A stretch of DNA of 64,000 nucleotides from Candidatus Pacearchaeota archaeon (GTDB taxonomy: Archaea; Nanobdellota; Nanobdellia; Pacearchaeales; GW2011-AR1), in assembly GCA_018304025.1 (NCBI GenBank), contig JAGVXA010000004.1, positions 9,719 to 73,718 on the forward strand, written 5' to 3'. A program made the position numbers and the translations under genes. The notes beneath the pieces are model-generated. The model saw only the letters and a list, made by a program, of their open reading frames with translations. It did not search any database and was not told the DNA's origin. Shown piece after piece: positions 17,515-26,950 of this stretch. Position 1 is the stretch's first letter, and each line of letters starts with the position of its first letter.

Positions 17515-17933
17515 AAAAATGAACCCTCCGTTGCCGAAACAAAGGAGGGGAGTTAATTAATTTATTTAGTTATCCTCTATATTTAATCTTTTCGTTGTCT
17601 TGAGTTTCTGGATTCTCGGTTGTTATTTCGCGTCGGTAATTCGGATTCGCGCGGTTGCGGCGATGTTATGTTATGATGGTTGCGGCGACACGACGACCAA
17701 AGACGAGGGGAGTTGGTAATTTGGATTCGCGAGGTTAACGAAACGGGCTTATTCTCTTTTTTGGATTTACAAAATTCCAAATCAAAGTAAAAAGAATTAC
17801 AACCCCAATAAAACCAAGTACTATCTTTATTGTTTCCATAATTTATCTTCGGCATTTATCTATTTAATAATTTAGATATTGGTTGGTTAAGAAGGAGAGT
17901 TAATTTTATAACCGCTCTAACCAATCAAATACC

Positions 17934-18971
17934 ATGAAGAAAAAATTATTAGTCTTTATAGACAGAAACGATATTGCCGATTTTCTAAAGAGAAATTTAT
18001 CAAAAGACTTTGAAGTCACTATTGCCCCATTTGAACAAGAGAAATACAGTATAAAAGATTTATTAAAATATTCTAAGAATTTTAAAAATTACGACATTAT
18101 TCATACTTCTTCTTTCTTTATCCCCGCTTATCTTCTTTACAGAAACAAAAAGAAATACGGAACTAAGTATACTATAACGCTTAATGGTTTAATTTGGAAA
18201 GAACTTGAAGACTATCTACCTAACCGAATGCTTCTCAAGTTTTTGGCTTGGAGAACTCTTCAAAAATTAACAGAAAAGATTTTTGCAAAAGCAGACCATA
18301 TATTCTTTGTCAGCAAATCTCTTGAAGAAAAGTTTAGAAAAAGATATAGAGGAATAGATAAAATGAAACTTAGCATATCATACAGGCCATTACAAAAAAT
18401 TTCAAAAAAGCATTTAAAAAAAGACCACAGAATAGAAGACAAAATTAGATTTATAACTATAACCTCTGGGAAGTTCAAGGAAAAAGCTGAAGGTATAAAA
18501 GAGATTATAAAAATGTTAGAAAAATTGAAATTAGAATTTACCTTCGACATAATTGCTAGCGCAGGTAAACATGAAAAGTTAATCAAAGAGATAATAGAAA
18601 ACAGTAAAATAAAAGAAAAGATTAATTATTTTGGCGAGGTAGACACTGTTTACTCCCTTCTAAAAAATGCAGACATCTTTATTTATTCTTCTAAACTAGA
18701 TGCTTTTCCAAGAGTTATTCGTGAAGCAAAATACATCGGATTGCCAGTCATTTTAATAAAATCTCCGGACATAAAAGAAACTGTAAGACATAACAAAACA
18801 GGTTTTATTGTTAAAAACTCAAACGAACTTCAAGACTCACTAAACAAAATAATTAAAGACAAAAAATTTAGAGAAGAACTACTAAAAAACTCTAGAGAAG
18901 AAGTCATTAATCAATTTAGTGAACTCGAAATTTTTAAAAAATATAAAAAAGTATGGGAAGAACTCGTTTAA
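17934..18971 (+). CDS. Glycosyltransferase family 4 (GT4, group 1)
   Basis: The C-terminal domain YSSKLDAFPRVIREAKYIGLPVILIKSPDIKETVRHNKTGFIV matches the GT4 E-x7-E region. Confidence 0.6.
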   Translation: MKKKLLVFIDRNDIADFLKRNLSKDFEVTIAPFEQEKYSIKDLLKYSKNFKNYDIIHTSSFFIPAYLLYRNKKKYGTKYTITLNGLIWKELEDYLPNRMLLKFLAWRTLQKLTEKIFAKADHIFFVSKSLEEKFRKRYRGIDKMKLSISYRPLQKISKKHLKKDHRIEDKIRFITITSGKFKEKAEGIKEIIKMLEKLKLEFTFDIIASAGKHEKLIKEIIENSKIKEKINYFGEVDTVYSLLKNADIFIYSSKLDAFPRVIREAKYIGLPVILIKSPDIKETVRHNKTGFIVKNSNELQDSLNKIIKDKKFREELLKNSREEVINQFSELEIFKKYKKVWEELV

Positions 18972-18980
18972 ACTTAATCT

Positions 18981-20453
18981 TCAACCTTTAACCAAATCAA
19001 ATCTATAAATTTGGATATTGTTCTTGTTATAAACCAAATAGCCCTCTTTTTTAATTTTTGCTTCTCCACCAATTTCTTCACTATAATTTGTCGGAATGTA
19101 TGCCATCTCCCCCCTGTTAGCCCACAATCTAGTTCTATTACTAATAATTATGTACCTTACGGGTGAAGAACATCTTTGAACTTTCCAGTTAGGATCATAA
19201 TTTACATCTTCCAATATTTGCCTTTGCTTCGCACTCCACGTTTCTTGCGTGAATATTTCTCGCATCATATTCTCTCCTTCGGTGTCGAAGTTAGCGCCTT
19301 CTTTTTTAGACACAGATTTAGATATCAATAAAGTAATGGGATCTGAAATTAAACATTCCTTGCTAGATGACAACATTTCTAACGAAGAAAACGCTTCAAC
19401 TTCGGCGGGATCTATTCTTTCAACAGAAATCTTGGAGAGATTCTTTATATTCTCCGTTAGACCAATAGACAAAAATACAAGAATCATTATTAAAACCAGA
19501 ATAACCTTTTTTTTCTTTAAAATAAAAATTGCTAGATAAATTCCAATAACACAAAAAAGAATAAAGAGGGGCACTAACCTCTTGGTATGGTATGGCAAAA
19601 ATAAGATTAAAGAACCTAATGAGACTAAAGATATTATAATATTCTGATTTAAACTTTGTTTTATTTTAGAAAACAAAAACGGAATAAAAATTAGTAGCAA
19701 TGGAAAAACCTTCAACTCTTTTAAAAATTGAAGAGAGGTTTTTGTCGAATATAATGAGTTAATATCAATTTTAGAGAGTAATTCAACTATTAAAATAAAA
19801 ACGAGAATAAAACTTAAAAAAATCACCCACAAAATAAACTTTTTCGGTATCTCTGAAAAGTTTCTTATTGTATAAGCTATGAACAAGGGGATAACAACAA
19901 ATAAAATAAGAAGATTCAAAAATATAGAAGCCACAGAAAAGATTAATAGGAGCAAAATATTTTTTTTCGAAAATTCTTTTGAAAAGTAGTTTACTGCTAA
20001 AATAAGAAAAGCCATAGAAAGTGTAGATGGAAGAAAATATGGAATACCTAACCAAAAGTTACTAGAGACAAATAAAGAGATAATCAACAAAGGGAGTATG
20101 GGTGCAAATTTTTTGTCATATGAATAAGCCAATTTATAGGTGCTGATAAAAATGAGCAACCCTGTCAAAACAGCCCCAATTTTATTTAGGACAGAGTATA
20201 CTAAGAGACCATCCCCACATAATATTCTAAATAGAGCGACTAGTGTTATCCAAGGATATTGGCTTCCAAAAAAATATGTATTGGTGTGTGTATTATAAAA
20301 AGAAAAATAACTAGCAGAATTATAATAAGATATTGCATCTTTAGAATTAACAAAAGTTATATCATAAAAAGAATAAAATAGATAAATAAAATATATAAAT
20401 AGAACGAATGCTATCAAAAGTTGCTTACTAAACCATTTATTTTGTCTTGTCAT
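18981..20453 (-). CDS. Large polytopic membrane protein (possible O-antigen polymerase/ligase-like or GT-C); alternative start 20510
   Basis: It has more than 10 TM helices and sits inside the glycosylation cluster. Confidence 0.45.
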   Translation of the reverse strand: MTRQNKWFSKQLLIAFVLFIYFIYLFYSFYDITFVNSKDAISYYNSASYFSFYNTHTNTYFFGSQYPWITLVALFRILCGDGLLVYSVLNKIGAVLTGLLIFISTYKLAYSYDKKFAPILPLLIISLFVSSNFWLGIPYFLPSTLSMAFLILAVNYFSKEFSKKNILLLLIFSVASIFLNLLILFVVIPLFIAYTIRNFSEIPKKFILWVIFLSFILVFILIVELLSKIDINSLYSTKTSLQFLKELKVFPLLLIFIPFLFSKIKQSLNQNIIISLVSLGSLILFLPYHTKRLVPLFILFCVIGIYLAIFILKKKKVILVLIMILVFLSIGLTENIKNLSKISVERIDPAEVEAFSSLEMLSSSKECLISDPITLLISKSVSKKEGANFDTEGENMMREIFTQETWSAKQRQILEDVNYDPNWKVQRCSSPVRYIIISNRTRLWANRGEMAYIPTNYSEEIGGEAKIKKEGYLVYNKNNIQIYRFDLVKG

Positions 20454-21402
20454 TTTTATATAGCGTGATAAACTCTTTAGCGAGACTTTTCCAAGATAAC
20501 TTTTTTTCAATTAATTTTTTTCCTGATTTACCCATCTTTCTCCGTTTCTTCGGATTTTTCAACAAATCAATTAAACTTTCTATATATTTCTTGTTTTCAT
20601 TCGTGCAAACACCAAAGTTATCTTCAGATATTATTTCTTTCACAGCACCAACATCATTGCTCACAACAGGTAATCCACAAGCCATCGCTTCAAGTATGGT
20701 GCCCGGATAGTTATCATGTAAAGAATAATAAACAAAAATATCTGATTTTTGCAGTATCTCTTTGGGATTAGGATGAAATCCAATAAACTCAACAGGAACA
20801 TCGTATTTCTTGGACTCTTCTTTTATCTTATCTAAGTAAGGCCCGCCGCCAACGACGACAAATTTGAATTTTTGTTTAGTCTTTTTCTTAACCTCTTCCA
20901 AAATCTTTAATAGTTCTAAAACGCCACGAGATTTTTCAGGAAAACTAAAACCAGTAACAGTTACTAAACATATTTTCTTAGAATTGTTACTATTTTTTAT
21001 ATTATATTCTTCCAAAAAAATTCCGGTGTTAATAACTTTGGCTCTGTTTAGATTTAACTCTTTTTTCATAAATTCACTAGACGTTGTAATCTCATTAGCT
21101 CTCTTTATAGCAAGGGGCCAAGTAAAATCCCATGGGTGGCTTTCTCGCCTGTAATCGCCGTGGATTGTTAACACGATTGGCTTACCTAAGAGATTAAAAA
21201 ATAATGGTACACTTGCTGCGTGAATCACATCAGCATCAGTCCAAAAAAATCTCTTAACTATCCCCCAGAAATTATGAATATTCCTCGCTTCAACTCCTTC
21301 TTTCTTCAAAGCCCTGACTAAATCATCTCCCCATTTCTGCGGTCCGCCAAATCTTATCGGCGTTAAAATATCAACCTTCAATTTCTTAATATCTTTTCCC
21401 AT
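20437..21402 (-). CDS. Glycosyltransferase family 4
   Basis: The segment EAMACGLPVVSNDVGAVKEIISEDNFGV matches the GT4 signature. Confidence 0.65.
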   Translation of the reverse strand: MGKDIKKLKVDILTPIRFGGPQKWGDDLVRALKKEGVEARNIHNFWGIVKRFFWTDADVIHAASVPLFFNLLGKPIVLTIHGDYRRESHPWDFTWPLAIKRANEITTSSEFMKKELNLNRAKVINTGIFLEEYNIKNSNNSKKICLVTVTGFSFPEKSRGVLELLKILEEVKKKTKQKFKFVVVGGGPYLDKIKEESKKYDVPVEFIGFHPNPKEILQKSDIFVYYSLHDNYPGTILEAMACGLPVVSNDVGAVKEIISEDNFGVCTNENKKYIESLIDLLKNPKKRRKMGKSGKKLIEKKLSWKSLAKEFITLYKNDKTK

Positions 21403-22493
21403 TGTTTTATGATTTTCTCCCAATCAAATTTCTCCTTGATTAGATTATTTAAATTATTAGCATACATCTCCCTTTTAGTTCTGTTCATAACCATAAACTC
21501 AATTGCTTTCTTCAACCCGTTACTATCTTTTTCTTTAATCAAAATCCCCGTTTTTCCGTCGATAATTACTTCTCTCGTTCCCCCCGCATCAGTCGCAATT
21601 ACAGGCAGTCCAACAGCCCCCGCCTCAAGAACAGAAGTCGGCAAACCTTCAGAGTAAGACGGATTAACAAACAAATCTGATTTAGCCAATTCTTTCATAA
21701 CTTCTTTTCTGTCTTTCTCTCCAACAAAATTAATTCTATTCTTCAAATTCAATTTTGCGGTTAATTCCCCCAACTCTTTTCTATAAGGCCCGTCTCCAAC
21801 AATTGTCAATTTCAAATTCTTATCTTCTAGTTCAGCAAAAGCATTAATCAAATCTTGAACTCCTTTAGCGTAAATCAATCTGCCGACAAAAACTATATTC
21901 TTAATTTCTTTTTTTACTTTATACTTTGATTCTATATTAGCATTAACTCCATTAGGAATATAAGTTGCTTTTTTTCCGCCGAGATGTCCAACAAATTCGC
22001 ACGCCCTCGGAGATATTCCAATATTCTTTCTTGAATTTTTAACAATTAGACTACCGATAGAGTGGTCATAAATTCTATTCACCATACCAACAATCTTATT
22101 ATCGGTAACAGTATGGCAAGAGCCATGTTCAACATGAATCAACGGAACGTTGCTCTTCTTTGCAAACTTGTAACCTAAATAAGATGTCGTAAAAAATCTA
22201 GTGTGTGTGATAATAACGTCCCACTTCTTCATCCTCAATCCCTTCCAAATCCTAAAAAAATCTTTATTAAATGCAGGAAGAGGATAAGTTCCCCCAAGAA
22301 TATCAAAACCCGGAAGACGATAAATATCAAAATTCTTGTTTATCCTCTCATATTCTTTAACTTTAGACGTATTAATCGTAACCACGCTAATCTCATGCCC
22401 TCTCTTTGACATCTGCTCTGCAAATTGATAAATGTGATTTTCATATCCCCCCGCATAAGGATAAAAATGTCCTGCAAAAATCAGAATCTTCAT
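21378..22493 (-). CDS. Glycosyltransferase family 4
   Basis: The start is MKILIFAGHFYPYAGGYENH. The segment EGLPTSVLEAGAVGLPVIATDAGGTREVIIDGKTGIL is the GT4 C-terminal signature. Confidence 0.65.
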   Translation of the reverse strand: MKILIFAGHFYPYAGGYENHIYQFAEQMSKRGHEISVVTINTSKVKEYERINKNFDIYRLPGFDILGGTYPLPAFNKDFFRIWKGLRMKKWDVIITHTRFFTTSYLGYKFAKKSNVPLIHVEHGSCHTVTDNKIVGMVNRIYDHSIGSLIVKNSRKNIGISPRACEFVGHLGGKKATYIPNGVNANIESKYKVKKEIKNIVFVGRLIYAKGVQDLINAFAELEDKNLKLTIVGDGPYRKELGELTAKLNLKNRINFVGEKDRKEVMKELAKSDLFVNPSYSEGLPTSVLEAGAVGLPVIATDAGGTREVIIDGKTGILIKEKDSNGLKKAIEFMVMNRTKREMYANNLNNLIKEKFDWEKIIKQWEKILRN

Positions 22494-22497
22494 CTCC

Positions 22498-22836
22498 TCA
22501 CTCCCCCTTCTGCATATTCTTAATCGCCAAAACCCTAACCATCTCCTCAATCCTCTTCTCATTCTCCTTCACAACTCTGAACAAATAAAAAACAATAAAC
22601 AGAAAAAACATGAATCCAATAATAGTATACAAATCAAAAACTCTCATAATGCTAAGGCTCTCCAAGAACAAGCCCAATTTTTTATTAAGAAAAATCCCGA
22701 AAATCCCTGCAGCCCAAACCAAAAACCAAAACAACGCAGACAATTTAGACAAACGCTTTGTCTTGTACGACGTGAAAGTAATATAAATCATAATAACCAA
22801 GAATACAACAGCCAGCACTTCAAACCCTGCAATCAT
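22498..22836 (-). CDS. Small membrane protein, DUF2304-like (partner of GT2)
   Basis: It is a 3-TM protein immediately downstream of the GT2 gene. This GT2 + small membrane protein arrangement is typical. Confidence 0.45.
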   Translation of the reverse strand: MIAGFEVLAVVFLVIMIYITFTSYKTKRLSKLSALFWFLVWAAGIFGIFLNKKLGLFLESLSIMRVFDLYTIIGFMFFLFIVFYLFRVVKENEKRIEEMVRVLAIKNMQKGE

Positions 22837-23519
22837 CCTCTTATCCTCCAGCTAATCATGTTCGCCAATATTTTAAGCCCGTCTATCGGAGTAGTCCCCT
22901 TGTAATCGTCGTTATAAATAGTTTCAACCTTCACTTCCGAATGCGAAAGATTATGCTTGGCCAAATTCTTCAGCATCTCTGTCTCGATAGCGTAGCCCTT
23001 GGACTCCCACGCAATCTTCGGATAAATATTTGTGTTGAAAGCGCGGTAGCCTGTCTGAGTGTCTGAAACTTTCGTCCCAAAAAAAAGTTGAGTAAGCTTA
23101 GTCAAAATCTTGTTTCCCATTCTCGAATGAAACGGCATCTCTTTGTTAAATTCTCTCACGCCGATAGCCAAATCAAACTTGTCCAGCTTTTCAAGCAGCT
23201 GCGGAATTTCATCAGGATTATGCTGCCCGTCGCCGTCGAGAGTCAGAATTATTTTAGCGCCAAGCCCGATTGCAGCTTCGCATCCTGTTTTCAAAGTAGC
23301 TCCCTTATGAAGATTTATGCAGTGCCGAAGAACAACCGCCCCCATCCTCCTTGCAATCTCCCCCGTATTATCCTTTGAAGCGTCGTCGACAACTATGACT
23401 TCATCAACATATTTCCTCGTCTCCCTGACAACATCCCCGATATACTTCGACTCGTTGTACGCGGGAATCACCGCGATAACTTTTTTGTTTCCCACGATTT
23501 CTCTAAGTTTCTTGTTCAT
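22833..23519 (-). CDS. Glycosyltransferase family 2, dolichyl-phosphate-sugar synthase-like
   Basis: The segment VIAVIPAYNESKYIGDVV...VVDDASKDNTGEIA...LDGDGQHNPDEIPQL (DxD, QxxRW-less DPM/DPG synthase type) identifies it. Confidence 0.7.
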   Translation of the reverse strand: MNKKLREIVGNKKVIAVIPAYNESKYIGDVVRETRKYVDEVIVVDDASKDNTGEIARRMGAVVLRHCINLHKGATLKTGCEAAIGLGAKIILTLDGDGQHNPDEIPQLLEKLDKFDLAIGVREFNKEMPFHSRMGNKILTKLTQLFFGTKVSDTQTGYRAFNTNIYPKIAWESKGYAIETEMLKNLAKHNLSHSEVKVETIYNDDYKGTTPIDGLKILANMISWRIRG

Positions 23520-23597
23520 ATAATTCTTTTCATCCCCCCACTTTTAAACTTTCCGCTTATTACTATTTTATAATTACACAATTACGGCAAATCAAAA

Positions 23598-23703
23598 CTC
23601 TCCCCTCCCTTTTTCGCTTCGCTCAAAACCCCTCCCCCAAATTCCCCAATTCCCCAACCCCAAAACCTCCCCCAATCAAAAGTTTTAATCCCTGCGTTTG
23701 TCG
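23598..23703. repeat. C-tract-rich (C4A2-like, G4-forming on minus strand) intergenic element + conserved leader caaaagttttaatccctgcgtttgtc
   Basis: The sequence is cccctccctttttcgcttcgctcaaaacccctcccccaaattccccaattccccaaccccaaaacctcccccaatcaaaagttttaatccctgcgtttgtc. Related copies occur at 24972..25030, 26216..26344 and 26963..26996. Confidence 0.6.
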
Positions 23704-23772
23704 TCAAATTAAAGGAGTTGCAAAAATCAGAATCATCCCAAAAGTTTAATATCCTATACGGCAATTAATTGT

Positions 23773-24630
23773 ATGATAAGTTTTATTTTAGCATGCTCAG
23801 ATGATCCCCTCAAACAAATAACAGAATGTCTGGATGTAACAGGACGAATCGAAAAAGAGTGTGAAAAAAATTCAAAGATAACTCTTGATTTATCTAGACT
23901 GGAATGGATTTTGCCCTGTTCTGCTTTGATTCTAAGCAATAAAATAAGCGAAGTCGCAGGGAAAGGATGTGCAATAACATTCATCAAACCAGAGAAACCT
24001 CAGGTAAAAAATTATCTCGAAAGTGTCGGCTTTCCGTTAGGAGGAGTTGGCACAAATGCAACTTACATGCCGATACATCACTTTAGCAGAAAAAAAGGCG
24101 AAGACTCAACCAAAATAATCGAAAAAGAAATGGAAGAGATTTACAGTGTTGTAGAAAAAAACTTGCCTTCCGAATTAAGCAGCGGAATTTATTATTTGCT
24201 TGGAGAACTTTCTGACAACATTGACCAGCATTCAAATTTTACCATTGTGTCTATAATGGTGCAGTATTACAAAAAGAAGGGGCATATAGATATTGGGGTT
24301 TTAGATAATGGCGAGACTATTCCAGGAGTATTCGAAAAAAATGGCATAAAATTCGAGAGAGATGAAGAAGCCATTAAAATGGCTTTGCAGGGAATCTCAA
24401 CAAAAGAAGGAGAAATAGGAAGGGGAAAGGGGCTGATAACATCTAAACGTTTGGTTCAGAAAGGTTTGAACGGAGAATTTTTTATTTTATCACGAAAGGG
24501 ATTTGTCAAAGCAGTAGGAGAGAAAACAATTTTTAACGAACTCGGCGGAAGATCTTTCAAAGGAACTTTAATTTACATGCGTTTTTCAGACCCAAGAAAA
24601 GGTTTAAATATTTACAAGTATGTAGAATAA
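23773..24630 (+). CDS. STAS-like N-domain fused to GHKL (histidine-kinase-like/RsbW-like) ATPase
   Basis: The N-terminal ITLDLSRLEWILPCSALILSNKI is STAS-like. The C-terminal GHKL boxes are LGELSDNIDQHS (N box), GVLDNGETIP (G1) and GRGKGL (G2). Confidence 0.5.
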   Translation: MISFILACSDDPLKQITECLDVTGRIEKECEKNSKITLDLSRLEWILPCSALILSNKISEVAGKGCAITFIKPEKPQVKNYLESVGFPLGGVGTNATYMPIHHFSRKKGEDSTKIIEKEMEEIYSVVEKNLPSELSSGIYYLLGELSDNIDQHSNFTIVSIMVQYYKKKGHIDIGVLDNGETIPGVFEKNGIKFERDEEAIKMALQGISTKEGEIGRGKGLITSKRLVQKGLNGEFFILSRKGFVKAVGEKTIFNELGGRSFKGTLIYMRFSDPRKGLNIYKYVE

Positions 24631-24631
24631 C

Positions 24632-24913
24632 ATGGTTTTACAAATTTCTTTATTTGAATATTTTGGAAGATTTATAGTCACTAGAAACGCGATGTCAAGG
24701 TTTCTGGATGAACTTAGCCGCGCTTCAGATAAAAACATTATCGTCGATTTTAAGGGAACTGAGTTTATTTCCCGATCCTGTGCAGACGAGTATATCCGGA
24801 GAAGAATTATTTTTAAAAAAAACATAACGGAAATTAATGTTAGCCCAACTGTTCTCTCCATGTTTAAATTAGTCAGAAGCCAGTATAAGAAAAATATGGG
24901 TTTAACAGCTTAA
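24632..24913 (+). CDS. DUF4325-like STAS-domain protein
   Basis: The segment IIVDFKGTEFISRSCADEYI matches the DUF4325/STAS-like pattern (IdFkGVefisrSFadE). It lies 1 nt after the GHKL gene. Confidence 0.5.
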   Translation: MVLQISLFEYFGRFIVTRNAMSRFLDELSRASDKNIIVDFKGTEFISRSCADEYIRRRIIFKKNITEINVSPTVLSMFKLVRSQYKKNMGLTA

Positions 24914-25109
24914 CTTCTCTTAGACAATTCATAAACAAACGGCGTAATCGCATCCTCTTTTCCATCTCAAAAACGCCGGCGCAAAAACCCCCAACCCCCC
25001 AAATTCCCCAAACCCAAATTCCCCAAAATCAAAAAAGCTGCAGAAGAAAGTTTTATATAGCACATTAACCAAAAGTTAACATACATTAACTAATAGTTAA
25101 TATAACCAA

Positions 25110-25679
25110 ATGAAACCATCTAAAGAACAGGAAATAATTCGGAGAATATTCAAGGACTTTCAAACTTCCTACAATAGCCGGAGCATTAGCAAGCTAGTTG
25201 GACTTAGCCACGTGGGAGCTTTCAAAATTTTAAAAAAAATAGAAAAAAAAGGAATTGCATCCTCAAAAAAAATAGGAAACGCCGTCATCTATTCGTTAAA
25301 CCTTGCTAACCCCCTCGCACGAAAAGAAATAGAATTATCTCTCCTGATAGATGCTCAAAACCATAAACGCTGGCTGGAAGAATTCAAGGATTTAGAAAAT
25401 ATCTCTGACTTTGTTGTTTTGTTTGGCTCTGTTATCCGCAGCGAATCTTCTGCAAAAGACATAGATGTATTAGTCGTCGCAGAAAGAAGCAATTTCAGCA
25501 AAATAAAAGAAATAATCAAAAAGAGAAATGAAGTTTCAAATAAAAAGATTCATTTGATTCTGCAGGAGCCGGAAGAATTTAAAAAAGACTTAGACAGCAG
25601 AAACAAAGCAATCTTGGAAATAATCAAAACAGGAATTGTTTTGTTTGGACAGGACAATTTTGTACGGAAAATAAAATAA
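25110..25679 (+). CDS. Minimal nucleotidyltransferase (MNT) with N-terminal wHTH
   Basis: The NTase motif is VLFGSVIRSESSAKDIDVLVV (GSxxRGxxxxxSDIDllV). An upstream near-palindrome TTAACTAATAGTTAA is a candidate operator. Confidence 0.6.
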   Translation: MKPSKEQEIIRRIFKDFQTSYNSRSISKLVGLSHVGAFKILKKIEKKGIASSKKIGNAVIYSLNLANPLARKEIELSLLIDAQNHKRWLEEFKDLENISDFVVLFGSVIRSESSAKDIDVLVVAERSNFSKIKEIIKKRNEVSNKKIHLILQEPEEFKKDLDSRNKAILEIIKTGIVLFGQDNFVRKIK

Positions 25680-26188
25680 TGACTCACGCGTCTAACAAAG
25701 TTGAATGGTGCTTAAGAAAAGCCAGAGAAGAGAAAGAGCAGGAAAAGAAGCACAGAGGATTAGTCAAAATAAATCCCGATGTCGAAGAAGCCAGAAAGCA
25801 TATCGAGAAAGCAGAACACAATCTTCGGGCTATAAGTTATTTTAGCGTCGGAGGATTCTCTGACTGGAGTATGAGCGCAGCCTTCTATTGTATTTATCAC
25901 TGTTTCTTGGCAATAAGCATAAACTTAGGTTACGAAAGCAGAAACCAGGAATGCACAATTGCACTGATAAAATATCTTAAAGAAAAAGAAGAAATAGAAA
26001 TTGAAGACAGATTTATCAGCGCTTTGGAAATCTACGACGAACAGGGGCGGCACGAGTCAAATATAATTGAAAAAAGAGAATTATTTACTTACGGAACCAC
26101 AGTTTCAGCAGACAACAGCGAAATTGAGAAAAATGTCCAATTATGCAAAGACTGCTTGTATCAAACAAAGAAAATTATTTTCAAGTGA
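25679..26188 (+). CDS. HEPN-domain protein (partner of MNT)
   Basis: Its start overlaps the MNT stop. The helical core SMSAAFYCIYHCFLAISINLGY resembles COG2250-type HEPN. The canonical Rx4-6H is not obvious. Confidence 0.5.
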   Translation: MTHASNKVEWCLRKAREEKEQEKKHRGLVKINPDVEEARKHIEKAEHNLRAISYFSVGGFSDWSMSAAFYCIYHCFLAISINLGYESRNQECTIALIKYLKEKEEIEIEDRFISALEIYDEQGRHESNIIEKRELFTYGTTVSADNSEIEKNVQLCKDCLYQTKKIIFK

Positions 26189-26215
26189 TTTTTTCATTAC
26201 TCTTCTTTTCCCCAG

Positions 26216-26344
26216 GAAACGCCGACGCAAAAACCAACAATTTCTCCCCCTCAACTTCCCTCCCAAATCCCCCAACCCCAAAACTCCCCAATTCCCCAAA
26301 ATCAAAACCTCCCCCAATCAAAAGTTTTAATCCCTGCGTTTGTC
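26216..26344. repeat. C-tract-rich intergenic element, copy upstream of DUF4258/DUF2283 pair
   Basis: It reads aaacgccgacgcaaaaacc...cccccaacttccctcccaaatcccccaaccccaaaactccccaattccccaaaatcaaaacctcccccaatcaaaagttttaatccctgcgtttgtc. Its 3' half is ~95% identical to 23640..23703. Confidence 0.6.
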
Positions 26345-26414
26345 ATCTAAAAAAGGAGTTGCAAATCAAAAGCACAGTCTTAACATTTATTAACTTCTTT
26401 AGTTTGTTCAACAA

Positions 26415-26708
26415 ATGGTTTATTTATTTGAAGCAGTTGATAAAACCGGCAGAAAAATACATTTGTCAAAAGAAAGATGGACGCATATAAGAAAGAAACA
26501 TCCAGAAGTTGTAGATATAGACGAAATTGAAGAAACCTTAAAAAATCCCGATAAAGTTACTTTTCCTAAATTAGACGAAAACGCTGGCTTGTATTACAAA
26601 TATTTTAAACACAGACACTCACCTTACAAATATCTTCTCGTTTTAGTTAAATATTTAAACGGCGAAGGTTTTGTTATAACCTCTTATTACGAGGATAAAA
26701 TAAAATGA
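26415..26708 (+). CDS. DUF4258-like small protein (putative toxin of DUF4258/DUF2283 pair)
   Basis: It is 97 aa, with HLSKERWTHIRKKHPEV. Its stop overlaps the downstream DUF2283 gene. Confidence 0.4.
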   Translation: MVYLFEAVDKTGRKIHLSKERWTHIRKKHPEVVDIDEIEETLKNPDKVTFPKLDENAGLYYKYFKHRHSPYKYLLVLVKYLNGEGFVITSYYEDKIK

Positions 26709-26950
26709 CAGACACAATATACGAAATTTATTATGATAAAGAAGCAGATTTCTTAGAAGTATTTTTCGGAGAGCCGACACCGTGTTATGCTGAAGAACCA
26801 GAAGAAGGCGTTTTTATAAGAAAAGATGAAAACACAAACGAAGTAAAAAGTGTTGGAATACTTTCCTTCGGAAAGAGAGCGTATCTTCTTAAAAAATTAT
26901 TGCAAAATTTAAATAAAACCCTTCCTAACGAAATAGATATATCTGATTGA
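26705..26950 (+). CDS. DUF2283-family small protein
   Basis: The segment EIYYDKEADFLEVFF matches the DUF2283 signature (YDxEaDaLyI). Confidence 0.55.
   Translation: MTDTIYEIYYDKEADFLEVFFGEPTPCYAEEPEEGVFIRKDENTNEVKSVGILSFGKRAYLLKKLLQNLNKTLPNEIDISD

Noticed and set aside
17583-17855. 90-aa ORF MPKINYGNNKDSTWFYWGC... on the minus strand
   Set aside because: It runs through the GC-rich repeat block. It has an Arg/Ser/Asn-rich low-complexity tail. A different frame gives a cleaner 34-aa TM peptide, so this is treated as non-coding or regulatory.
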